DNA of 64,000 nt from a virus. Where the stretch lies: IMG/VR virus record IMGVR_UViG_3300019487_000002; one strand, written 5' to 3'. Of the stretch, positions 44,898-53,769 are shown piece after piece. The position numbers and the translations under genes were made by a program. Within the stretch, counting starts at the first letter, position 1; each line of letters begins with the position of its first letter. Below the pieces are notes generated by a model that did not search any database, was not told the origin of the DNA, and saw nothing but the letters and a program-made list of their open reading frames with translations.

Positions 44898-45154
44898 TGA
44901 CAGCCGCCGAAGCCATAACCCAAGCAGGACGAGCACTGCATACAGTAATAATCAATTATACTGACGTAGAAGGTCAGGCAACTACCCGTGAAGTAGAGCC
45001 CTATAGCTGGCGACCCGGGAAAGACCCCGGTACCATTCGCTTCTTTGGCTTTGATATCAACAAAGGACAAATACGAGGATTCCGTATGGACCGCGTTTCC
45101 CAGGCGCAGGTTACAGAACGGACATTCGTGCCTAAATGGGTTGTAGAAGTTTAA
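44897..45154 (+). CDS. stand-alone WYL-like domain protein
   Basis: REVEPYSW...IRFFGFD...IRGFRMDRV resembles the WYL core (FRLDRI). ATG 44897 overlaps the upstream stop. Confidence 0.5.
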   Translation: MTAAEAITQAGRALHTVIINYTDVEGQATTREVEPYSWRPGKDPGTIRFFGFDINKGQIRGFRMDRVSQAQVTERTFVPKWVVEV

Positions 45155-45229
45155 GCCGCGCTTTTCTTCTTGCCTATACTTTTGTGTTTGGTATTATGAT
45201 CCTCAGTCTAACTCCATTCATAGTATTTC

Positions 45230-46039
45230 GTGATAATCGACGGCGTTAAGAACCTCACTGGTCTCCTAGAATACACCGAAAACGTCTGGCTTACTAACTG
45301 CGAATTCAATAATGCACAGTTAGCCATTGACGGAGACTTGTATGTGGACGGTCCATGTGTCTTCACCAATACAGACATTCACTGTACCGGAGACATTGTT
45401 TTTCGCATTGAAACAATAGTAAAAGGCGGCGTCACAGCACAGTCAGTATTCACCCACGATCCCTGCCGATTCGACAATATAACTTGCAAAAAACTTTTTA
45501 CCAAAGGAGAGGTCCATTTTGACACATTGGTATGTGAAACAGCCCGTTTCTATGGGTCTTGCTTTGGTAATCGTATTTGGGCCTTCGCTGTTTGGATGGA
45601 TGGGGATATTATCGCTAATTTAATTAAGGCTGGGGAAGTTTACGTCGAGAGAGGCTCTATTCTCGTTAAGCGATTGGAAGTGGAAAAAGCAAAAGCTGAT
45701 ATCATTGGCAATTACTCCCGTGACAGGCTCAACGAAGAAATACACAAATTCAAATGGGCACGTCCGATGGTTGAAGGAGCCGAACCGAAGACTTCTGAAA
45801 GCTCTGACACTATCCTCAATGGGTATTTAGTGTTAAAATCATGTATCAGTCATATACCAGAACTGGCTTATGTGCTTGAGAAATACTCAAAGGTCAATTC
45901 TTGTACCGAGTTTTCGTCAGAAAAAGAGACTATTTTTTCTGACATTAAGAAATACTATTCTCGTCTTAGCCCCGCGTCGCAGCAATTCATAGAATGCATA
46001 GAAGCTCATGGATTCCCTGATCTCATGTGGCGATTCTAG
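45230..46039 (+). CDS. hypothetical protein
   Basis: 269-aa ORF with a GTG start. Confidence 0.55.
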   Translation: MIIDGVKNLTGLLEYTENVWLTNCEFNNAQLAIDGDLYVDGPCVFTNTDIHCTGDIVFRIETIVKGGVTAQSVFTHDPCRFDNITCKKLFTKGEVHFDTLVCETARFYGSCFGNRIWAFAVWMDGDIIANLIKAGEVYVERGSILVKRLEVEKAKADIIGNYSRDRLNEEIHKFKWARPMVEGAEPKTSESSDTILNGYLVLKSCISHIPELAYVLEKYSKVNSCTEFSSEKETIFSDIKKYYSRLSPASQQFIECIEAHGFPDLMWRF

Positions 46040-46067
46040 TTGACTCATCGTTTCAATAAGTTATAAT
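46040..46067 (+). promoter_or_regulatory. sigma70-type promoter
   Basis: TTGACT-N16-TATAAT, then 7 nt to GTG 46075. Confidence 0.55.
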
Positions 46068-46074
46068 CAACTTC

Positions 46075-46845
46075 GTGCCAAAAATAAGTTCTCACTGCTC
46101 TATTTGTAAATTACCTACCGCCGACCGTGATGGTTTTCACACTGACAAATGGGTCAATCATTTTACCCACGCTCAATTGGCGACCAAGTATTTTCCACAG
46201 AGGTCTATAGCTACTGTTCTCAAGTCTTGTACTGTCCACTTCGAGAAACATTTTCCCTTTGACGAATTCGTCAATGAAATCGTTGACGAAAAGACAAAAG
46301 CAGATAGCACTAATCTTCCCACTATATCAGCCACAGAAAGAGCAATATTTACTGAAGCGTATCAATCGCGCTTAGATTCAGTTCGAACCATCGAGTCCAT
46401 GATGCGGACGCTGATGGATAGAGCAAACGTCATCCAGGAAGAATGGAATAAGGTTCACATTGCCACGAAATGTGAGGAATGCGGTCGAGATGATACTGGA
46501 CCCAACCTTGTGAAAATTCTCGCAGTATTCCGCGAGCTTCGTGAACAGGTAGACCAATGGACTAAGATGCGGAATCCCATGGGGGCCGTTAATAAGATTG
46601 CCGAGAAGGCATTCGTAACGTTCGTGGAAGAAATGACTGACGTGTACGTCTTAGTCATGTCTGACAAGTCTCGACTGATTCGAGATGCGGTAAATGACTT
46701 TCTTGCTGAGAAAATAAATCAAGGCATGTTCGCCAAGCGTATAACGGAAGCATTAGACGATTTTGGCGGAGATAGGATTTCGTCGTCGGCCCAAGAGAAG
46801 TACCAGAAGATATTTTCAACGGTGATGAAGGAGTTGAAGTTGTAA
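46075..46845 (+). CDS. hypothetical protein
   Basis: 256-aa ORF with a GTG start and no SD. Confidence 0.55.
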   Translation: MPKISSHCSICKLPTADRDGFHTDKWVNHFTHAQLATKYFPQRSIATVLKSCTVHFEKHFPFDEFVNEIVDEKTKADSTNLPTISATERAIFTEAYQSRLDSVRTIESMMRTLMDRANVIQEEWNKVHIATKCEECGRDDTGPNLVKILAVFRELREQVDQWTKMRNPMGAVNKIAEKAFVTFVEEMTDVYVLVMSDKSRLIRDAVNDFLAEKINQGMFAKRITEALDDFGGDRISSSAQEKYQKIFSTVMKELKL

Positions 46846-48047
46846 TGGCGAAGAAGACGATAGCGGTTTACGCAGACACCCCCACGGTCTGCACCGGATT
46901 TGGAAACGTTACCAAAAGTATTTTCACTAATCTTGGTGATGAATACGAGATTAAAATTGTAGGTATTAACTACAATGGGTATCCTCATAATTACCCTAAT
47001 CTGAAGATTTACCCAGCGTGTAATCCCTTGTATGTAGGCGGCGGCGTAGATTACTACGGTAGAGAACACCTAAAGCGTTGGGTAGAAACTGAACACTTTG
47101 ATCTATTCTTCATGCTCAACGACGGATGGCTTCTTCGTGATTTTGCACCAGACGTGGTAGAACGCATCAAGAAGAAAGGGAAAAGTATTCCTACTGTCTG
47201 TTATTTCCCTATCGATTGCGATGAGACCGAAGGCGCGTGGTATGATTGGATGATGGACGTGGAAGTCCCTGTGACGTACACAGAATTCGGCCTGAACATC
47301 GTGAAGAAAATATTTCCTGCTCTGGGACTAAGAACAAAAGTAATCCCTCACGGCGCGGACGTTGACACGTTCAAGCCAATCCCACGCGGTTCCGATCAGA
47401 AAGTTGCTCATTATCGCAATCTCGTAGGGGGAGAGTTCGCGTTCATCAACGTCAACAAGAATCAGGTTCGTAAGAACGTACCCGGGTCTATTGCGGCCAT
47501 GCGAGAGTACCAACGCATGATTGATAATGGCGATACTATGGTTCTTCACATGAACGAAGAAGAAGGTGTGGGATGCCACGTTCGAATAATTGCGAACAGC
47601 CTCGAATTTCAGAAGAAGAACACAATCCGTATTTCCCCTGCTCGATTGGATGAGGAACATCTTAACTGCATGTATAACGCTTGCCAAGTAGCTATGACTA
47701 CTTCCGCAGGTGAAGGATGGGGATTGAGTATTTCCGAAGCTATTTGTGCGGGGATACCAGTTATTGCTCCTCGGCACACGTCTTTCCCTGAGGTAGTCCG
47801 TGAGTTTGGATATCTCTATGATCCTGGGATGCGTCATTGTGCATTACCTCTTAGTACGGATAGAAGCAATTGGCGATATTACGCCGATCCAAAAGTCGTC
47901 GCTGAAGCGATGCTCGACGTGCGTAAGAACTATGTCCGCTACAAGGAAATGGCCCTTAAAGGTCGGAAGTGGTATGAAGAAAACCGGACATGGAAACATC
48001 ATATCGTCCCTGAATGGAGAGAGTTGTTTGCTCAACTCATGTCATAA
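46845..48047 (+). CDS. GT-B glycosyltransferase (family 1/4-like)
   Basis: SAGEGWGLSISEAICAGIPVIAP (E-x7-E motif). Confidence 0.8.
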   Translation: MAKKTIAVYADTPTVCTGFGNVTKSIFTNLGDEYEIKIVGINYNGYPHNYPNLKIYPACNPLYVGGGVDYYGREHLKRWVETEHFDLFFMLNDGWLLRDFAPDVVERIKKKGKSIPTVCYFPIDCDETEGAWYDWMMDVEVPVTYTEFGLNIVKKIFPALGLRTKVIPHGADVDTFKPIPRGSDQKVAHYRNLVGGEFAFINVNKNQVRKNVPGSIAAMREYQRMIDNGDTMVLHMNEEEGVGCHVRIIANSLEFQKKNTIRISPARLDEEHLNCMYNACQVAMTTSAGEGWGLSISEAICAGIPVIAPRHTSFPEVVREFGYLYDPGMRHCALPLSTDRSNWRYYADPKVVAEAMLDVRKNYVRYKEMALKGRKWYEENRTWKHHIVPEWRELFAQLMS

Positions 48048-48211
48048 TGAATACAAACGACATTAGAACTAGAATTCTAGGCACTAGCAAAGGCGAGCCA
48101 TCATACGACGGTATGATGATCCTACTCCTCTGCGATATCTCCGATAAGCTTTCCGAATTGCTGGATGCTACATCACACTCCCATGACTGTGATGGAGAAA
48201 TCGGCTCTTGA
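48047..48211 (+). CDS. hypothetical small protein
   Basis: 54 aa; TAATG junction. Confidence 0.4.
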   Translation: MNTNDIRTRILGTSKGEPSYDGMMILLLCDISDKLSELLDATSHSHDCDGEIGS

Positions 48212-48236
48212 CTTGCTTCCCCTAACCGTCTAAGAT
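48208..48236 (+). promoter_or_regulatory. sigma70-type promoter
   Basis: TTGACT-N17-TAAGAT, then 7 nt to ATG 48244. Confidence 0.5.
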
Positions 48237-48243
48237 TGCCTCT

Positions 48244-48387
48244 ATGGCAAAGACCCATACCTCACGCGAGGAGTTCTGGGCTACCGTCCAGGCTCTTGTT
48301 ACCGACTATCAGAACAAGCAAGACGACGCAGGAAAGTTTCTAGCCAAGCTGGCGGAAGTCCGCGACGAGCCTGTCCGCGAAGTGTAA
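48244..48387 (+). CDS. hypothetical small protein
   Basis: 47 aa; its stop overlaps the next start. Confidence 0.45.
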   Translation: MAKTHTSREEFWATVQALVTDYQNKQDDAGKFLAKLAEVRDEPVREV

Positions 48388-49025
48388 TGCCAAAGCCATA
48401 CACGCTCGTTACCGCTGATAAGTCAGTCTATCACAGCGATGAATGGGGCGTACTTCATCAAATTGACGCCAAGCCTATAGCGTATGATGCAGCTTACCTT
48501 ACGCAGCATACCTCTAAGCCAAACTACAAAGAGAATTCATTAATCCTTAATGGTCTACGCCTGGGCTTCCTAGTCGGAAGCATGGGCTATGTGCCACGTA
48601 TGTTACTAGATTATGGCTACGGTGACGGGAGTTTTGCCGCTCTGGCCGCACGAATTGTGCCATACGTTTACGGCTACGATATAGGCGATTATCCAATACA
48701 CTCAACGTGCTGCCGAACCAAGAATCCCAAAACATTACACGTTGAAGTGGTCACGTATTGGGATTCATTAGAGCACGTTCCTGATCTAGAAGTGGCTCTT
48801 GATACGCCGGCTAAATATGTCGCTGTCAGTGTCCCGTGCCTGCCGCATGTAAGCGTCTTCGAGGATTGGAAACACCGCCGCCCCAACGAACATCTTCATC
48901 ATTTCACAGAGAATTCACTCAAAGCCTGGATGGCGTGCCACGGTTGGGTGCATCGTGCGAGTGCCCCTCTTGAAGAAGCTATTAGAGATGATATAATCAC
49001 GGCACTTTTTCAAAGGAGAGACTAA
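48387..49025 (+). CDS. class I SAM-dependent methyltransferase
   Basis: Motif I LLDYGYGDGSFAALA; 212 aa. Confidence 0.7.
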   Translation: MPKPYTLVTADKSVYHSDEWGVLHQIDAKPIAYDAAYLTQHTSKPNYKENSLILNGLRLGFLVGSMGYVPRMLLDYGYGDGSFAALAARIVPYVYGYDIGDYPIHSTCCRTKNPKTLHVEVVTYWDSLEHVPDLEVALDTPAKYVAVSVPCLPHVSVFEDWKHRRPNEHLHHFTENSLKAWMACHGWVHRASAPLEEAIRDDIITALFQRRD

Positions 49026-49201
49026 TGCCAACAAGAAAGAATTTCCGGGAGCGCCGACAGAAGCGCCATGAGGAAGCTGAAAAGCGCGCCAAGGCTCGCA
49101 TTGAGCGTACCGAAGCGGCACAGATAGAGCTGCTCAGGAAGCGTCCTGGCGCCTCGTATAAAGAAATTGCTCGCCTAACGGTCAAAGCGTATGAAGCGTA
49201 A
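49025..49201 (+). CDS. hypothetical basic protein
   Basis: 58-aa R/K/E-rich ORF. Confidence 0.4.
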   Translation: MPTRKNFRERRQKRHEEAEKRAKARIERTEAAQIELLRKRPGASYKEIARLTVKAYEA

Positions 49202-49304
49202 GGGCATTTTTATGCCTTCGCCCGTTCCTTGCCCATACTGTGAGGCCAAGACATATCCGCCAAAGTATGAGCAGCATAAATCCGACTGTCCGATCTCTAG
49301 GCCG

Positions 49305-51197
49305 TTAAGGCCGACCAAAGTGAACGGCCCGTCCGAACATGCTTGAACGTTGATCCAATGCTCGCTGTTGTCCAACCTCAGGACTGACTAGAATCTTCGC
49401 CAACCGAGCAAGACAGACTGCCAAGTCGCTAGAAGAAAATGGTGAGTGATCGACCTTCCCGTTTTCTTTAAGCTGTAAGTTCTTCAATTCCCAAATAAGC
49501 CGACTTGCTCCATGGCCTCCAACAAGAGGGTGGAGTAAGTGTATCTGACGGTTGTAGAATAGAGCCGCGAGCATATCCCAATCTTCTTTTTTGAGTGGGA
49601 TTTTCTCTGCGTCAATGCCCGACGCCTGCAAGTCCTGAATCTGTAGGACTGACTGCCATTGGTCGTACACCACTTTGTCGAGTACCCAATGATTTGCAAA
49701 TTTATAGATGCATTGTAGAACATTTCGGAAATCGACTTCGATTAATGGCTTCTCTTTTGGTTCCCATGGGAGCACCGCGCCCACGAACATATGTTCTTCA
49801 ATACCACGGGCGGTTCGTACTGGCTTTACATACGCAAGAATCATACCGAATGAGTCCATGCGGTGGCCTGGGTCGCAGCCAATAGAAATATGCTGAGTAG
49901 TGGGAACGTCCAGCACCATGCTTTTGATATCCTTGGCGACCATTGTAGTCTGCTTCCCTTTGACGATAAGAGAGTGTACGTAATCCCGCGCGAAAACGAG
50001 ATTCGCAATATCTGAATCTACGCAATCATCTATTCGCCATTCCTCAGGCATCCAGGGGTCAAGAGCACCGGGCGGGTCAGCGCCGAAGTCACGCTTCGCT
50101 GCTACCGGATTCTTCTTAAATTCATCCTGAATAAATGGATCGTCAAATGTAATGTTTGGATTAAAGTCCCAAGTGGCGTGCTTGAATATAATAGTAGTAG
50201 ATAACTTATTTTCTTTTTTATTTTCGGCTATGTGTTTTTTGGCATCTTCGTAAAGTCTCATTATTTTGTCTATTTTAGTCATGGGAGATGAAATACAAAT
50301 CATTTTAGACCCGTGAGAAGAAAGAGTAAGCAACGATGCCTTTAAAGTGTCATAAACAGCATCAACCCCCATACGAGAATCGGTTTCCACGAACCTAGCT
50401 ATTTCATCCATGACCACGATTTTTCGTGTTTTCCCCGCAATACCCGCCGAATTTGCCCCAGTAACATCAATGAATAGTTGCTTATGGAGAAATCTGAATT
50501 CACTTAAATTTGCGACATAAACACTTTCAACTGGAACAGCTTGCTGTTTGGCGCTTGCTTTGAGTGCGTTGATGTATCGAATAAACCACGGTGAATTGGT
50601 AAGCAAACCATCTACCGCCGCAAAAATAGTGTCCTTTGCTTGTTCACCTTTTGTAGTGCAACAGGTGTAGTACACCTCCTGCCCCGGAGCCAGACCCCAA
50701 TCCTTTTGGGGATCATCTAAAAGTAAATCACAATGCAATTCATAAAGTAATATTAGAGCACTAAGAATAGTCTTAGAGGATCGCATTCCAGCTATACCAA
50801 TGAGTTCTTTATAATTTGGAACACGAGCGTCTTTCTGTAATATCCCACATTTGGGACACTCATAGTGACCAGCGGGGTTCTTCTCGAAAAGAATATCCTC
50901 TTGTAATTGTTGAGGCGATTTTCCCCAAGTATCATAAGGCATTTCAGGATTAGAACCGGCTTCGTTACAGGGGGGACATATCAATGAGTACATATCTCTC
51001 AGATATTGATACTGGCGATTGAAATTGTAAAGCGTTGAAAGAGCAAGTCCTTCTGGGTTAGTTACAAAATCTACAGCATTTTTAAATCGCCTAAATTGAC
51101 TTGAGACTAGAGATATTTTTGGCACTCCTCGTGCTATTTTCCCTTTAATCGCCTCGTCGATTTTTTGGTTGACTTCTATGAATGAGATTTCTTCCAT
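49305..51197 (-). CDS. terL: terminase large subunit
   Basis: P-loop-like IGIAGMRSSKT, Walker B KIVVMDEIARF, and a C-terminal nuclease-like ISIGCDPGHRMDSFG. A CPPC..CPKC ribbon precedes the P-loop. Confidence 0.8.
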   Translation of the reverse strand: MEEISFIEVNQKIDEAIKGKIARGVPKISLVSSQFRRFKNAVDFVTNPEGLALSTLYNFNRQYQYLRDMYSLICPPCNEAGSNPEMPYDTWGKSPQQLQEDILFEKNPAGHYECPKCGILQKDARVPNYKELIGIAGMRSSKTILSALILLYELHCDLLLDDPQKDWGLAPGQEVYYTCCTTKGEQAKDTIFAAVDGLLTNSPWFIRYINALKASAKQQAVPVESVYVANLSEFRFLHKQLFIDVTGANSAGIAGKTRKIVVMDEIARFVETDSRMGVDAVYDTLKASLLTLSSHGSKMICISSPMTKIDKIMRLYEDAKKHIAENKKENKLSTTIIFKHATWDFNPNITFDDPFIQDEFKKNPVAAKRDFGADPPGALDPWMPEEWRIDDCVDSDIANLVFARDYVHSLIVKGKQTTMVAKDIKSMVLDVPTTQHISIGCDPGHRMDSFGMILAYVKPVRTARGIEEHMFVGAVLPWEPKEKPLIEVDFRNVLQCIYKFANHWVLDKVVYDQWQSVLQIQDLQASGIDAEKIPLKKEDWDMLAALFYNRQIHLLHPLVGGHGASRLIWELKNLQLKENGKVDHSPFSSSDLAVCLARLAKILVSPEVGQQRALDQRSSMFGRAVHFGRP

Positions 51198-51655
51198 TTG
51201 TTTAAATACTCTATAGCCCCTTCTAATATAGGAATGTTGTCATTGGCGCAACCCAATAGTAAATTACATTTACAACACAAAATTTCTCGAACATTTCCGG
51301 TGCTGTGGTCGTGGTCTAATTGCCAACCTTTTTTTCCTTGAGGAGAAGAAGATAGGCATTGAATATTTGCACATTTGCTGTTTTGTCGAAGGAAAATTTG
51401 CTCAAATTGTTCTAGAGTTATTCCGTATTCTCTACGATAATGTCTATCTCTGATTTTTTCAGGGTAGGCGTTTCTGTATTTTTTGGCATATTTGAGCTTT
51501 TCGTTTCTATTATCTCGATAATACTCCTTCATTTTTTTAAGATATTTTTCGCGGTTTTTTTTATATCGTTCAGCATAATAGGCTTTGAGCTTTTCTTTAT
51601 TACGCTCTCTATAAGCGGTATGATAAGCCTTGCGTTTTTCCTTTGCTTGACTCAT
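51176..51655 (-). CDS. endonuclease VII-type (HNH-superfamily) nuclease
   Basis: LDHDHSTGNVREILCCKCNLLLG matches the Endo VII core. The N-terminus is repetitive and basic (YRERNKEKLKAYY-like). Confidence 0.75.
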   Translation of the reverse strand: MSQAKEKRKAYHTAYRERNKEKLKAYYAERYKKNREKYLKKMKEYYRDNRNEKLKYAKKYRNAYPEKIRDRHYRREYGITLEQFEQIFLRQNSKCANIQCLSSSPQGKKGWQLDHDHSTGNVREILCCKCNLLLGCANDNIPILEGAIEYLNKWKKSHS

Positions 51656-51688
51656 GTTATATGATATAACTGTTTTGAATGAACAAGC

Positions 51689-51717
51689 TTGACTAATTTT
51701 TTACACACGTGTATATA
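51689..51717 (+). promoter_or_regulatory. sigma70-type promoter
   Basis: TTGACT-N17-TATATA, then 6 nt to ATG 51724. Confidence 0.6.
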
Positions 51718-51723
51718 TTCATT

Positions 51724-52089
51724 ATGAAGCCACATTTCATTAATCTAGCCAAGAAGGCCGCAAAATGCAGTCGCCATCAGTTTAAGGTCGGGACTGTCAT
51801 TGTGCGTAAAAATAGACTAATAAACTGGGGACATAACAAGCCTGACCGCACCCATCCTCGTAGTAAAAATGCCTGGAATCGTATTCACGCAGAGCTTGAT
51901 GCAATTCTTGGTGTCCCTCTTGAGGACTTGAAAGGCGCAGAGGCTTACGTCGTTCGTATTACGAATACGGGGCTTCTGGCGATGAGTCGTCCATGCGAAC
52001 ACTGTATGGCTCTCCTCAAAGAAGTAGGCATCCGAAAAGTTTATTACACTGATAATAAACGAGCGGTGCAGATGGAACGTGTCAGCTAA
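51724..52089 (+). CDS. small CDA-fold zinc deaminase
   Basis: HAELDAI and SRPCEHCMALL (HAE + PCxxC); 121 aa. Confidence 0.7.
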   Translation: MKPHFINLAKKAAKCSRHQFKVGTVIVRKNRLINWGHNKPDRTHPRSKNAWNRIHAELDAILGVPLEDLKGAEAYVVRITNTGLLAMSRPCEHCMALLKEVGIRKVYYTDNKRAVQMERVS

Positions 52090-52360
52090 AATTCACATTA
52101 AATCCAAGCCTCCTCAAGTTGGCCCCCCTCCCTCTAAGGGAGTCACCGTCCACGAATTCGCACCTAACGTCCCATCGTTTAGAAAAACAGCAGAACAAAT
52201 CGCTGCCGGCTATGTCCCGCTCTTAGAGGAGTTGGGTATTATCGTTACTTTCGAGGAAGTTCTGGCCGCAGTCCGTGGACTAGCAGAGCCTTGTATTATG
52301 ACTACTATCGTTGAAGGATGGGTAGAAGATGAAAAGAAAAGAGGAATCAGAATTATCTAA
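52079..52360 (+). CDS. hypothetical protein
   Basis: 93-aa ORF with a GTG start. Confidence 0.5.
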   Translation: MSAKIHIKSKPPQVGPPPSKGVTVHEFAPNVPSFRKTAEQIAAGYVPLLEELGIIVTFEEVLAAVRGLAEPCIMTTIVEGWVEDEKKRGIRII

Positions 52361-52607
52361 AGGAGCTAAAATTTTGGAATTTAAAAAGCCAGTACCGAAG
52401 CCGAACATTTTAGATTTGGAAGCAGCATTTCGAGAAGTATTTCCCAATGAGAAATTGAACGACGCTGAGTTTAAACTTGATGGGGAACGAGTAATTATTA
52501 CTCTACACAGTGAGTTACCGCCTACACGCGGGATCAAGACTCGGACCTATGCTCATTACAGCGGGACATATCAAGAGCTATTTTTGAATACTCCCGAACT
52601 AGATTAG
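52329..52607 (+). CDS. hypothetical protein
   Basis: 92-aa ORF. Confidence 0.5.
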   Translation: MKRKEESELSKGAKILEFKKPVPKPNILDLEAAFREVFPNEKLNDAEFKLDGERVIITLHSELPPTRGIKTRTYAHYSGTYQELFLNTPELD

Positions 52608-52640
52608 CCTTTTAATCTATAGCAAATAGTTAATAGATTA

Positions 52641-52952
52641 GTGGGAAAAAAGGCCCGTAATTCGGAGCCGCTCATTATCAGGGAGCCGCCACCGCTAGAT
52701 ATTCGAGATTTAGTGAACAGCATGAAAGATTTCGTTAATGTGGCGTATTTGATATTACGCCGCGTTGAAGGAATTTCACGAGACCTAGGTAAAATAGTCG
52801 CGTATCAGGAGAAGAATGATGAAAATTTCCGCAGCAGAAGTTCTGAGAAAGATGGGAGCGCCCCTTCCGGGAGCAGCGGGATTCCCGCCTCGCCCGAAGA
52901 TGCAGCCGCCATCACCCCAGCCGACCGACCCGACTCCACGAATTCCGGGTGA
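52641..52952 (+). CDS. hypothetical protein
   Basis: 103-aa ORF with a GTG start. Its 3' third overlaps the next, better-supported ORF. Confidence 0.35.
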   Translation: MGKKARNSEPLIIREPPPLDIRDLVNSMKDFVNVAYLILRRVEGISRDLGKIVAYQEKNDENFRSRSSEKDGSAPSGSSGIPASPEDAAAITPADRPDSTNSG

Positions 52953-53322
52953 TGAACCACCTGTAGAGGAAGCCGTCGCGCCTGAGCAGGAGCCTGGAGC
53001 ACAAGAAGGCCCGCAGTCTGTTCAGCAGATTGTGCAGCGTCTTGGTGAACACTTCTCCGATGATAAGATTTCGGATATTAATGATAGTATGTTGACCTTG
53101 ATGAAGGTGGTCCCACCAGATACCGCAGAAAAGGTAGCCAAGGTCTTCACCAAGCTCATGGAAGCCATGATGGCGCTAAAGGCAAATATCGTCGCCTTGC
53201 AGGTTATGTCTATGCCAGCCCAGCAGCAAAACCAGATGATGCAAAGAAATCTGGAACAGCTTAATCAAGCGGCGGGACAGGGTGCCGCAGGCCAGGGTAT
53301 CAAAAGCGGGCCTATTACTTAA
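52816..53322 (+). CDS. hypothetical P/Q/A-rich protein
   Basis: AGGAGA lies before ATG 52816; 168 aa. Confidence 0.55.
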   Translation: MMKISAAEVLRKMGAPLPGAAGFPPRPKMQPPSPQPTDPTPRIPGDEPPVEEAVAPEQEPGAQEGPQSVQQIVQRLGEHFSDDKISDINDSMLTLMKVVPPDTAEKVAKVFTKLMEAMMALKANIVALQVMSMPAQQQNQMMQRNLEQLNQAAGQGAAGQGIKSGPIT

Positions 53323-53584
53323 AGTCGTCGTCAAGTGCCCACAGAGGCACGATTTCTTCCGTCCAAGTATTACGGACGCGAATGAAAGTCGGTTCAATTC
53401 TCAAAGGCTGAGTGCGAAGTATTTTTCGTGACTCGGCCTTTCTTTTTTCTCGTGTCTCCAGCAGCATAATGCATTCTTCAAAAGTGGTAGGCTTCATATA
53501 TTTGAGCGTCTTCGGAATCATCCACGGCACCCATGGGCCTTCTTCTGAGTCGCCACTTTCCAGTATCCAGAAGTCTTCCTTCAT
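53315..53584 (-). CDS. hypothetical protein, apparently leaderless
   Basis: ATG 53584 lies 6 nt after TATAGT (track start 53611). Confidence 0.55.
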   Translation of the reverse strand: MKEDFWILESGDSEEGPWVPWMIPKTLKYMKPTTFEECIMLLETREKRKAESRKILRTQPLRIEPTFIRVRNTWTEEIVPLWALDDDFK

Positions 53585-53590
53585 GTTTCT

Positions 53591-53618
53591 ACTATAGCAT
53601 TCTCCGTCCAATCGTCAA
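53591..53618 (-). promoter_or_regulatory. sigma70-type promoter
   Basis: Minus strand reads TTGACG-N16-TATAGT, then 6 nt to the ATG. Confidence 0.6.
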
Positions 53619-53677
53619 CGTACAAAAGTGTTCAAGACCGTCTTAATTGCGACGAGAAAGCGTCATTTTAATACATA

Positions 53678-53705
53678 TTGACTCGCTGCGAAAACCGTGT
53701 AGGAT
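53678..53705 (+). promoter_or_regulatory. sigma70-type promoter
   Basis: TTGACT-N16-TAGGAT, about 60 nt upstream of the SD (AAAGGAGAA) and ATG 53770. Confidence 0.5.
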
Positions 53706-53769
53706 TATTTTCGTGGGAGCAAAGTCAAAAATCTAACCCAACCAAATCCAAAGGAGAATCAATAAACAT

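Noticed and set aside
49192-49347. About 51-aa plus-strand ORF (MKRKGIFMPSPVPCPYCEAK...) overlapping the 3' end of terL
   Set aside because: It has a plausible Cys/His pattern, but it overlaps terL convergently by about 40 nt and overlaps the preceding small ORF. No SD is present. It is too uncertain to list as a feature.
52641-53322. Programmed frameshift joining ORF 52641-52952 to ORF 52816-53322
   Set aside because: No slippery heptamer or stimulatory structure is seen in the overlap. ATG 52816 has its own AGGAGA. The G+C-rich stretch keeps several frames open by chance.
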